A stretch of DNA of 64,000 bases from a virus. The stretch spans positions 12,069-76,068 of the IMG/VR virus record IMGVR_UViG_3300038425_000083; one strand, written 5' to 3'. The translations under genes were made by a program, and so were the position numbers. Of the stretch, positions 55,005 through 63,714 are shown piece after piece; position 1 is the first letter of the stretch; every line of letters begins with the position of its first letter. The notes under the pieces were generated by a model. It was not told the origin of the DNA. It saw only the letters and a list, made by a program, of their open reading frames with translations, and did no database searches.

Positions 55005-56417
55005 ATGATCTCAATGAAGGACTACGAGCAGACTGATGGTTTTGGGATGGCTACCTGGGAAGAAGTTGCAGAGTTGAACAAGGCTCTTGCTGCGGGCTAT
55101 GATATTCCTGCTACGTCAGGAGGTATCAGCGGTTCCGCTTTAAGGGTTGAGTCACTTGAATCTTCTTTGAAGGTGATCACTTACCAAATGCAACACATTA
55201 AGTTCTGGCAGAAGATCCCCAAATTGCCTGCTTATAGTACCGTTGAAGAGTACAACCAGTTGACTTCTTATGGTTCAGAAGCTGGTGCGTTTACTCCTGA
55301 AGGAGAACTTGGTGAATTCGATGATGCTACTTATCAAAGAAAGGTTTCATTAGTGAAATACCTCCAAACCGTTCGAAAAGTTACCCATCCGTTAACATTG
55401 GTTAGGGCAGCTCACGGCGACGTTGTAGGAAATGAAATCCGAAATGGTATCATGTGGTTAATCGGAAAAATCGAGAACTACCTATTCTGGGGAAACAGCA
55501 AGCTGAGACCTACGGGTGCAGAGGGTTATGAGTGGGATGGAATCAATATTTTGATTGATCCCTCTATGGTGATTGATGCTAAGGGAGAACCCCTTGGAGA
55601 AGACATCTTAGAAAGCGCTTCTAACACTATTGTTGAAAACTACGGTTTTCCAACTGATATCTTTATAGGTACAAGGCCGTTGGCGGATTTAGCTAAAGTA
55701 ATGTTCCCTAAAGAAAGGATAGTTGTTCCTTACAAGGAAGGTCAAGTTGGTGTGCCTTTAAATACCTTCGCTTCACAGGCTGGTATTTTGGCATTCAATC
55801 CTGACGTTTTCTTGAAGAAGAAGGCTTGTCCTGTTGCTGCCACTTCAGGCAAAGCACCTACCGCACCCTCAAGTGTTACTATAGCACAGCGAACAACTAC
55901 AGGGCTGGGAGGCGATTGGACGAAGACTGGCAACGCTTATGGAACTTACTACTATGTTGCAACATACGGAAACAGATTCGGAGAATCAGCTCCATGTGGT
56001 GTTCAGCACAATGCAAATGCTGCAATCACAGCCGATACTGATGAGATTACTGTAGCAGTTATGACAACTACCTATTCGATTGCTCCCGATTACGTGAACA
56101 TCTATAGGTCAGTTGCCAATGATGCAACTGGTACAAGATATCTTGTTTATTCAGGCCCGGTTGATGATCCCGGAACAAGCACGACCGGTAAAGCATGGGT
56201 TGATGTGAACGCTATCTGTGCTAATTGCCATAAAGTATTCTTGGGCGAGTTAACTCCTCAAGTTATTGCTTTTAAACAGTTAGCCCCTATGATGAAGATG
56301 GATTTGGCGGTTGTTGAGCCAAGTGTCCGTTGGTTACAATTACTCTATGGAGTACCTCAAATATATGCTCCTAAAAAGTGGATTATAATCAAGAACATTG
56401 GTGAAGCTTCTGTTTAA
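55005..56417 (+). CDS. major capsid protein (SPO1/A511/K-like)
   Basis: ELNK|ALAAG..GSALRVESLE, IPKLPAYSTVEEY, IE..LFWG, EWDG, Fn3-like insertion (YYYVAT..NRFGESAP), QLAPMMKMDLA..WLQLLYG.P..YAPKKW..IKN. Confidence 0.92.
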   Translation: MISMKDYEQTDGFGMATWEEVAELNKALAAGYDIPATSGGISGSALRVESLESSLKVITYQMQHIKFWQKIPKLPAYSTVEEYNQLTSYGSEAGAFTPEGELGEFDDATYQRKVSLVKYLQTVRKVTHPLTLVRAAHGDVVGNEIRNGIMWLIGKIENYLFWGNSKLRPTGAEGYEWDGINILIDPSMVIDAKGEPLGEDILESASNTIVENYGFPTDIFIGTRPLADLAKVMFPKERIVVPYKEGQVGVPLNTFASQAGILAFNPDVFLKKKACPVAATSGKAPTAPSSVTIAQRTTTGLGGDWTKTGNAYGTYYYVATYGNRFGESAPCGVQHNANAAITADTDEITVAVMTTTYSIAPDYVNIYRSVANDATGTRYLVYSGPVDDPGTSTTGKAWVDVNAICANCHKVFLGELTPQVIAFKQLAPMMKMDLAVVEPSVRWLQLLYGVPQIYAPKKWIIIKNIGEASV

Positions 56418-56434
56418 TTCCAAAAGTGAATGAA

Positions 56435-56491
56435 AGAAGGGGGAATGATATCCCATCGGATCAATGTGTATTCCCCCTTCTATTTTTTTTT
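56435..56491 (+). terminator. intrinsic terminator after MCP
   Basis: 12-bp stem AGAAGGGGGAAT/ATTCCCCCTTCT followed by T9. Confidence 0.8.
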
Positions 56492-56542
56492 CTCAATAGA
56501 ACCGAGAATTACTACTTGACTTAAAAGGAGGTTAGAAAAATT

Positions 56543-57100
56543 ATGGCAGCTATTACTTTTACCTTATTGGATGATTGGTTGATAGCAAATGGGTGGGCAG
56601 CAACACCTGCCGCAGCCGTTCAGGTAATGATCAATCGAATGACCGCTGCATTTCCGACCGTTGCTCTTGATGTTGGTCTGATCCAGATGCTTTCTAAGAC
56701 ATTCACAGATCTTCAAGCGGTGGTTAAGGGAGTATATGAAGCAGGTGATGTAACTATTCCACCTTCAGTAGCTCATATCGATGCCTGGATTTTGGCAAAC
56801 AGACCTGATTTGGTTGGGCTTGATGCGATGTTTGAAGGCCTAATCCGAACAGATCTTTATGCTTTGATCCCAGCAATACCCGCTGCAGAGTCTTCTCCAA
56901 ACGGAACTTCAACAACTTGGAGTTCAGAGCAGAGATACCTTGAAGTTGTGACATTGCTTCTGGAAAAGGTTATTTGGTACACGAGACATTTCGTGACAGT
57001 AGCTCAAACCTATCCAGCAGATAGCATGAACGCTGGATTGATGTTGACACCGCCATTCCCGCCATCAAGTATTCCGGGAGTGTCTGAATTTTATTGGTAA
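56543..57100 (+). CDS. hypothetical (probably virion) protein
   Basis: AGGAGG RBS; follows MCP. Confidence 0.65.
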   Translation: MAAITFTLLDDWLIANGWAATPAAAVQVMINRMTAAFPTVALDVGLIQMLSKTFTDLQAVVKGVYEAGDVTIPPSVAHIDAWILANRPDLVGLDAMFEGLIRTDLYALIPAIPAAESSPNGTSTTWSSEQRYLEVVTLLLEKVIWYTRHFVTVAQTYPADSMNAGLMLTPPFPPSSIPGVSEFYW

Positions 57101-57116
57101 CAGTTGGTTCTGAAAA

Positions 57117-57377
57117 ATGCCGATTTACGAATTCACGTGTTCAAAAGATAACTTGGTAAAGGAGGAGATACGAAGGCTCGGGGATGTTTCTCCTCCTAAG
57201 TGTCCTGTTTGTGCGTGTGATATGGAGAGGGTCATATCCGGAACGATTGTTATAGATAAGACAAAAATTCCGGAGAAACTGAAAAAGCGATCTGAGGAAC
57301 AAGGGAAGAAATTCTTTAGAAGGTATCCTCAATATCAACAGCTTGTAACTAAAACATTAAATACTGGAAGGAGATAA
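57117..57377 (+). CDS. FmdB-like zinc-ribbon protein
   Basis: MPIYEFTC..CPVC..MERVIS. Confidence 0.75.
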   Translation: MPIYEFTCSKDNLVKEEIRRLGDVSPPKCPVCACDMERVISGTIVIDKTKIPEKLKKRSEEQGKKFFRRYPQYQQLVTKTLNTGRR

Positions 57378-57381
57378 AATC

Positions 57382-57663
57382 ATGGCAGAAGATGTGAAAA
57401 TTAGACTATTAGGTGTTAAGAAAACGACTCCAACGGAGTTTTACTTTCCTTGGATGAGAAAGAAAGTTTCGTTTGACAAAGACGGCTTTGCTCAAGTTCC
57501 TATTTTTGCGGCAGAGAGAATAAAAAAAGAAGCCCCAGATAATTATGAGTATCCAGTAGTTCACGTGGATACTGCTCCGCAAAAGAAGCAAGCAAAGGAA
57601 GTTAAGGAAGTGCCTTTGGAAGATAAGACAAAGGAGCAAGCATTTGTTGAAGCAATAAAATAA
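57382..57663 (+). CDS. hypothetical protein
   Basis: AAGGAG RBS. Confidence 0.6.
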   Translation: MAEDVKIRLLGVKKTTPTEFYFPWMRKKVSFDKDGFAQVPIFAAERIKKEAPDNYEYPVVHVDTAPQKKQAKEVKEVPLEDKTKEQAFVEAIK

Positions 57664-57685
57664 TTTTTAGGAGGTCAAGATCGAC

Positions 57686-58381
57686 ATGATCACTAACGTA
57701 TTAGAACGTTCAAGCGACTGTCCTCTCGGTGACGAGTTTAACATTCCTGATATAGTTGGAGCTTTGCAGAAGAAACAATGGCTTTTCGGAGCCAGAGTAG
57801 CTGATGTTGGAGCTATAACTTATCTGACATTGTCCGGAGGTATCGTTAAAAGACTTTATGGGAACGTCCAAATTTTAGCCCAAAAGCTAAATGTTGCCCC
57901 CAGTAATAAAACCTTTGCTTCCGCTAAGGGAACAAATGGTTTTACCTTGAATGGGGATTCTGGTGGAGCTTACAGCATTGTTATTCTTGGAACAGAACCT
58001 GCTACTGATCCGCCAGGTGGAAAATGGGCTAAAGATTATTGCCCATTTTGTAAGTCTCAAGGGTATCCAGCTATTCTTGGATCGTCTCTCAAGGAACAGG
58101 TAGCATTTGCTTTTTTGCATACTTTAGGAAGTGGTGCAGATGTAATTAGCTTTGCTACAGATACAAAACCTTACACTATGTTAGGATTACCCAGAGGCCT
58201 TAAGAAAGCGTCTTTAGTTACTCAGATGGCCGATGATGATTATCAGATTATCATTACCAAAGTCTCGGATGATGGAACAACTGCTCCGTATCCAACTTTG
58301 ATAACACCAACTGGGTTTACCTTGAATGGAGATCAAAACTCACTTTATGATATTTTCATTCTTGGGTCAATACTCTACTAA
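57686..58381 (+). CDS. putative head decoration protein with internal duplication
   Basis: GFTLNGD..Y.I.ILG occurs twice; WAKDYCPF shared with the next ORF. Confidence 0.6.
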   Translation: MITNVLERSSDCPLGDEFNIPDIVGALQKKQWLFGARVADVGAITYLTLSGGIVKRLYGNVQILAQKLNVAPSNKTFASAKGTNGFTLNGDSGGAYSIVILGTEPATDPPGGKWAKDYCPFCKSQGYPAILGSSLKEQVAFAFLHTLGSGADVISFATDTKPYTMLGLPRGLKKASLVTQMADDDYQIIITKVSDDGTTAPYPTLITPTGFTLNGDQNSLYDIFILGSILY

Positions 58382-58392
58382 GGAGGATTCAA

Positions 58393-58758
58393 ATGCCGAA
58401 CAAAAGATGGATTAAAGATTATTGTCCATTTGCCAAAGATCAGGGATTCATGTCCATAGTAGGAGACGTGGCCCCGGGTGAAACTGTTTTTGGTTTTACT
58501 ATCCCGGCTGCTTTGATGACTGCTAATACAGGTATAGCGTTAACATTTGCTCAATTAACATCCGGTTATGGAATGGGAAGCATCAGTAAAGTCACCCAGA
58601 TGAAAGATGCAGTCTGGCGAGCAATGTGTTCTGCTGTAACTTCTGGTTCTGAAATCCTACTTCCAAAGATTTATGCTAAGACCAAAGTAGGATTTACCAT
58701 CAAAGCAGATGCAAGCAAGGATTATGACGTTGTAATTATTGGAAGAATTCTCTACTAA
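58393..58758 (+). CDS. paralog of the C-terminal half of ORF 57686
   Basis: WIKDYCPF..QG, VTQM.D, GFT..YD..I.G.ILY. Confidence 0.65.
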   Translation: MPNKRWIKDYCPFAKDQGFMSIVGDVAPGETVFGFTIPAALMTANTGIALTFAQLTSGYGMGSISKVTQMKDAVWRAMCSAVTSGSEILLPKIYAKTKVGFTIKADASKDYDVVIIGRILY

Positions 58759-58767
58759 GGGGTTCCC

Positions 58768-59082
58768 ATGGCAAAAAAAATACGAATGGTTTATGATGCA
58801 ATGGGCTCCCCTATTCAGGGAGCCCTTCATCCAGTTGGAACAGATGTAAAAACTATATCCGCTTCACCAAATAAGACAACCGCTGGTTTTTTAGATGGTT
58901 ATGAGGTTGTCGAACTTTTTGCTACAGTGGCTTGTTTCATTAGATTCAGTACCGGGGAAGATGCCACAGTTAGCGATATGCCTTTCCCAGCTAATATTGT
59001 TAAAAGATATTCGCTTAAGGGAGCCACTTATATAGGCGTTATAGGTACGTCCGGTTCTCTTTATGTAACCAAGTTTGATTAA
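58768..59082 (+). CDS. small beta-rich putative virion protein
   Basis: ATVACFIRF..ATVSDMP..IGVIG..GSLYVT. Confidence 0.55.
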   Translation: MAKKIRMVYDAMGSPIQGALHPVGTDVKTISASPNKTTAGFLDGYEVVELFATVACFIRFSTGEDATVSDMPFPANIVKRYSLKGATYIGVIGTSGSLYVTKFD

Positions 59083-59123
59083 TTGTTGACAATTTGTTGT
59101 CGCTTGAAATTGAAAGGTGAAAC

Positions 59124-61163
59124 ATGAGAAGGCAAGCGAATCACATTCCGTTTGCAAGTAAAAGTCTCTCTTCTTTTAAAAGCCAGCCTATTCAACAAAG
59201 AACTCCTAAAAATGTTATTCCAGCTATTCTTATAAGTCGTCAAACCGGGGGCATAGGCGACATGCTTATGATCACCCCTTCAATCAAAGCAATCAAAGAA
59301 GCCAATCCAGATACCCCTATCATCCTTAGCACCTCTTCTGCATATGGTGGAGGAAGAGGTGTTCTCATCGACATCTTGAAATACAATCCCTATATTGATA
59401 AGGTCATATCTGTTGATAAGATTGAAGAATATGACTTTAAAAAGACCTATGATTTTGGATCGGGGCGAGAAGTTGCAATAGAAGCACGAACTAATGAGAA
59501 TAGAATAGACATATTTGCCAGACTTGCTGAACTTGAGCTTAAAGATAAACAGACGATTTATGTTGTATCCGAAAGTGAAAAGCAATGGGCAAAGAAATGG
59601 ATCACAGATCGAATTCCTCCGGAGAGAAGGAAACTTATAGGTATCCAGGTTCATACAACAACAGCCAAGCGTAATTGGCCTGAAGAAAAATCTCTTCTTT
59701 TAGCTTTTCAGATTGCTAATACTTGGAAGGATACTTCTATTCTTCTTTTTTATGAGGGATTAACAGAAATCAAATCTTCGACCTATGTTAATATCTATCC
59801 GATAGTCAGATTGCCTATTCGATGGGTTGCAGCTTTAATTAATGAATGTGAAATTTTTGTTTCCCCAGATAGCGGGTTATTGCATATAGCTGGGGCTCTT
59901 AAAAAGAAAACATTAGGAATATTTGGTTCTATCAAACCCGAGTCCAGGTTATCTTACTATCCAAACGCTCAGGGAGTGTATTTGTATTATCCATGCAGCC
60001 CTTGTTGGTATAAGACTTGTGAAAATCACTACGAATGTTTAAGAAATATAGATACGAATCTCGTTTTAAACCGTGTTGAGAAGTTTCTCGGCAAACCCAT
60101 TGCTCAGGATAAAACAATAGTTCTTCCTAAAAAACTCAAAAAGACTAAGAAAAGTAAGGAACGTGTTCTTGTTATAAGAATGGGAGGAATGGGGGACATT
60201 GCTTGTCTATCTTCTTCCCTTAAAACCTTCAAAAAAGAAAATAAGGATAGCATTGTTGACTTGGCAACAATGCCGGAGAATGTTCATATACTCAAAGGGG
60301 TTTCATTTCTCGATGATGTCTTTTCTTTAAATGATATCCCAAAGAAGGTTCCTTATGATAGGACATTTGATTTAAGATATGGTGCGGAGGGTGAAAGAAT
60401 AGGGGAAGGTAAATTGCTTTGGAATATCTATATGACCCAAGATCGATCAGACATTTTTGATAGTCTAATGGGTGTCAAAGGGGAAAAAGAATTTGAAGTT
60501 GTAGTAGATGCAGACGCCCTTAAAACAATGAAGAAAAGAATAAAATCATTGAAAGGGAGGATAGTTCTTATTAATCCGACAACAAAAGGAGACGTAAGAG
60601 CAATTCCGGTGGAGTACATCGAGCCTCTGTGCGAGATGATTTTAGGTATTCCCAGTGAGCAGGAAAAGTCTGGTGATCTTCCTCTAAGGGAAGAGCTTAA
60701 GAAACCACGTGAGAAACTTTCAATTATTATAGCTGGTACAGATATGGGATGGGGAGATTATATAAGAAACCAAGAGCTTAAAGAAGATAAACGAATTCTC
60801 AATCTTTTGGGAAAGACATCCGTTCAGGAAATTGTAGCTTTGGTAAACCTTTCGGATATTGTTATTTGCCCGGATGCTGGACTTATGCACATAGCCGGAG
60901 CTCTTAAAGTTAATTGCGTAGCGATTTTTGGTAACATCGATCCTCAAACCAGAGTTAAATACTATCCTTCCGTTTTTCCATTGTATCCCAAGGGTGAATT
61001 TCCTTGTATTCCTTGTGGTGACATTCCGGCTGTAGCCGCTGATTGTAAAAAGAGAGTTAGACCAACACACACCCCCGGGGCTGCTTGCATGAAATTGATC
61101 ACTCCTGGGAGAATTTACGAAGCTGCCAAGGAGGTTTTAAATATCAAAGATGGAAGACGTTAA
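59124..61163 (+). CDS. tandem GT9 (heptosyltransferase-like) glycosyltransferase
   Basis: two GG(I/M)GD and two D(S/A)GL.HIAGAL..IFG motifs, each unit ending C.PC..C. Confidence 0.88.
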   Translation: MRRQANHIPFASKSLSSFKSQPIQQRTPKNVIPAILISRQTGGIGDMLMITPSIKAIKEANPDTPIILSTSSAYGGGRGVLIDILKYNPYIDKVISVDKIEEYDFKKTYDFGSGREVAIEARTNENRIDIFARLAELELKDKQTIYVVSESEKQWAKKWITDRIPPERRKLIGIQVHTTTAKRNWPEEKSLLLAFQIANTWKDTSILLFYEGLTEIKSSTYVNIYPIVRLPIRWVAALINECEIFVSPDSGLLHIAGALKKKTLGIFGSIKPESRLSYYPNAQGVYLYYPCSPCWYKTCENHYECLRNIDTNLVLNRVEKFLGKPIAQDKTIVLPKKLKKTKKSKERVLVIRMGGMGDIACLSSSLKTFKKENKDSIVDLATMPENVHILKGVSFLDDVFSLNDIPKKVPYDRTFDLRYGAEGERIGEGKLLWNIYMTQDRSDIFDSLMGVKGEKEFEVVVDADALKTMKKRIKSLKGRIVLINPTTKGDVRAIPVEYIEPLCEMILGIPSEQEKSGDLPLREELKKPREKLSIIIAGTDMGWGDYIRNQELKEDKRILNLLGKTSVQEIVALVNLSDIVICPDAGLMHIAGALKVNCVAIFGNIDPQTRVKYYPSVFPLYPKGEFPCIPCGDIPAVAADCKKRVRPTHTPGAACMKLITPGRIYEAAKEVLNIKDGRR

Positions 61164-62133
61164 AGTTATATTCATTGCTTATAACAGGCCGCAGTATTTC
61201 AAGCAAGAGTTGGAGTCTATCAAAGATCAGGTTATGGGTATGGATGTTCATCTTATTCTTGACGGCCCTAAAGAGAAACAATTAAAAGGCGAAAGCACAG
61301 AATGGATGAGAGATAAATTTAAAGCATATCAGTTTGGATATGAGGAAGATGAGCGGAGAATTAATGAGTGTGAACAATTATTTAAAGAAGCTTTTAAGTC
61401 CTATCCAGATATAGATAGGAGAGTTCACAGAGAGAAGGAAAATATCGGCGGGGATAGAAATGTTGGCAAGGCTTATTACGTCGCTTTTGAAGAACTTGGG
61501 GCCAAGTATGCTTTTTTTATTGAAGATGATTTTGTTTTTGCCCCTGTCTATGTGGAGCAACTAAAGATTCTTTTTGACTTTTGTAAAGACGACAAAGATA
61601 TCGTAATAATGACTTGTTTCGGGTATTTATCAAGGGAATGGCCTCCTGGAATATTGGATAAGCAGTATTGTAAACTTATAGAACAGTCGTGGCTTTGTGG
61701 TTCTTTGTGGAAAAGGGATGCATGGGAGATTCTTAAACCCCATTTTGATATATATTTAGATTTAATCAAGAATAACCCTTGGGATGTGTTTGTTGAAAAA
61801 CTAAAGGCGTATACAAAAAGCATTGGCATTCATTATCTTGATAGTGCCGGAGGCGAAGACTCTTTTCTTGCGAATGTTTTATCTATATATCAGAAATTAA
61901 GGGTAAGTACAGCTGGGGAATATCTTTATAACATAGGGAAAACAGGCGCTCATTGTTATGAAGAGATGATAGGAAATCATCCTATGTTTATCAAAAATAT
62001 TTATCCTAAAGTTGCCAGAGAACTTTACATCGACAAGCAACACAGAGGTTTTCAACTTCAATTAACCGGAAGTCTATCGGAGGATTGGGAAGAGAAACGA
62101 AAAAAAATAATCGAAAACACTCTTCCTTATTAG
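61150..62133 (+). CDS. GT-A glycosyltransferase
   Basis: IAYNRPQYF..LESI, DG, N.GG, FIEDD, NIG..G.H. Confidence 0.78.
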   Translation: MEDVKVIFIAYNRPQYFKQELESIKDQVMGMDVHLILDGPKEKQLKGESTEWMRDKFKAYQFGYEEDERRINECEQLFKEAFKSYPDIDRRVHREKENIGGDRNVGKAYYVAFEELGAKYAFFIEDDFVFAPVYVEQLKILFDFCKDDKDIVIMTCFGYLSREWPPGILDKQYCKLIEQSWLCGSLWKRDAWEILKPHFDIYLDLIKNNPWDVFVEKLKAYTKSIGIHYLDSAGGEDSFLANVLSIYQKLRVSTAGEYLYNIGKTGAHCYEEMIGNHPMFIKNIYPKVARELYIDKQHRGFQLQLTGSLSEDWEEKRKKIIENTLPY

Positions 62134-62136
62134 AAA

Positions 62137-63057
62137 ATGGAAAAACTTTACACCAGCACTACAGCTAAATTGCTTCACAATCTACATCGATTGATCGAGA
62201 TAAAGAACGGAGTTTTCAGGCCTATATCTGTTCAATTTGCTCCGACTGATAAGTGCAATCTGGATTGCGATTTTTGCTCTGTTAAAAATCGGGAAGGTGA
62301 TGAGATAGAAATTGGAGATGCTAAGAAAGCTGTTTTTGATTTTAAAAATTTAGGGGCCAAGACAATCGAATTTACAGGCGGAGGAGAACCCACTTTATAT
62401 AAAGGGATTAATGAGCTCATTTTGTATTCTCACAATTTGATGTATAGGATAGGATTTATAACTAATGGGATCAAACTTTCCAAGATTGTGGATGAGAATC
62501 TGGATAGGCTCGATTGGCTTAGAATTAGTTTGAACAGCCTGGACTATGTCAAAGATATAGATGTCCCTAAAATAAAAGGCACTTTGGGATTTAGCTACGT
62601 CATAAATGATAGGACAACGGAAAAGACTTTCGAGAAGATCAAGCAATACAAAGAAAAATATGAAGCGACTTATGTTCGGATAGTTCCGAACTGTTTATCG
62701 GTAGACACAATAGAGGAGTCCAGGAAGAAAGCCGAGAACTTATTGAATCAATCAAAGGGATTCTTTTTTCAGTCTAAAAAATATGATGTTCCGAAGAGAT
62801 GCTGGATCGGATATCTGAAACCTTTTATAGCTCCGGATGGTTATGTCTATGCGTGTTCTGCAAATCCGTTGATAGCAAGAAAGTTTGATCCAAGATTTAG
62901 AATAGGTCACATCTCTAATGTTAGGGAGATTTACGACCGTAAAGTTTTTATACCTTTCGATACTTCGGTATGCCAGAAAGGCAAATGTTTTTTCAAAGAG
63001 CATAATGATCTAATCGAAGACCTACTTTGCGAAATAGAACATGAGGATTTCATATAA
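62137..63057 (+). CDS. radical SAM protein with SPASM/twitch-like C-terminus
   Basis: CNLDCDFC, GGGEP, ITNG, CWIG..DGYVYAC. Confidence 0.88.
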   Translation: MEKLYTSTTAKLLHNLHRLIEIKNGVFRPISVQFAPTDKCNLDCDFCSVKNREGDEIEIGDAKKAVFDFKNLGAKTIEFTGGGEPTLYKGINELILYSHNLMYRIGFITNGIKLSKIVDENLDRLDWLRISLNSLDYVKDIDVPKIKGTLGFSYVINDRTTEKTFEKIKQYKEKYEATYVRIVPNCLSVDTIEESRKKAENLLNQSKGFFFQSKKYDVPKRCWIGYLKPFIAPDGYVYACSANPLIARKFDPRFRIGHISNVREIYDRKVFIPFDTSVCQKGKCFFKEHNDLIEDLLCEIEHEDFI

Positions 63058-63707
63058 TGGATTATAGTGAGGAAGGAGCATTTTTAGTAAATTTCTTTAA
63101 AGAGCATCCTGCTAAATACAAGTTCTTGGTAGATGTCGGGGCTTTTACTACGGATGGTTCTAATACCCTTAATTTACTCGAGCTTGGATGGTCGGGACTT
63201 CTCATAGAACCTATGCCAATAGAAAAGTATTACAGACCCTTGGTTGAAGCTTTAAAAGGAAATGATAAAGTTAAATTTTGCAATTTAGCAATTTCGGATT
63301 TTTGCGGAACAGCTGAAGGTTTTGAATACTATGACGGTGAAGGCGCCCTGGCTGGTCATAGTTCGATGATGAATGAAACATATGATACAGGTGCTCAGAA
63401 GATGGTTGTTCGCATACCAAAGAAGAAGTTTTTGTTAACTGTTTCTACATTGCCTAAAGTTCTTGAAGACTATAATGTTCCCCTTGATTTTGATGTTCTT
63501 TCTGTGGATGCGGAGGGAATGGATTTTAGGATTCTTAAGCATCTTTTTTTAAAAAGCAGCTATCGTCCAAAGATTATAGTAGTTGAATGGGGGAAAGATT
63601 TTCCCCATCTTCAAGATTGGGAAACTCTGGAATCCGATGATTCAATTTTTGATGGATATGAACTTCTGCTTCAAACACAAGGCAATAGAATAATTTTGAG
63701 GAAGTAG
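63057..63707 (+). CDS. FkbM-family methyltransferase
   Basis: VDVGA..GSNT..GWSGLLIEP, DVLSVDAEGMD, PKIIVVE. Confidence 0.85.
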   Translation: MDYSEEGAFLVNFFKEHPAKYKFLVDVGAFTTDGSNTLNLLELGWSGLLIEPMPIEKYYRPLVEALKGNDKVKFCNLAISDFCGTAEGFEYYDGEGALAGHSSMMNETYDTGAQKMVVRIPKKKFLLTVSTLPKVLEDYNVPLDFDVLSVDAEGMDFRILKHLFLKSSYRPKIIVVEWGKDFPHLQDWETLESDDSIFDGYELLLQTQGNRIILRK

Positions 63708-63714
63708 AGCCGGG

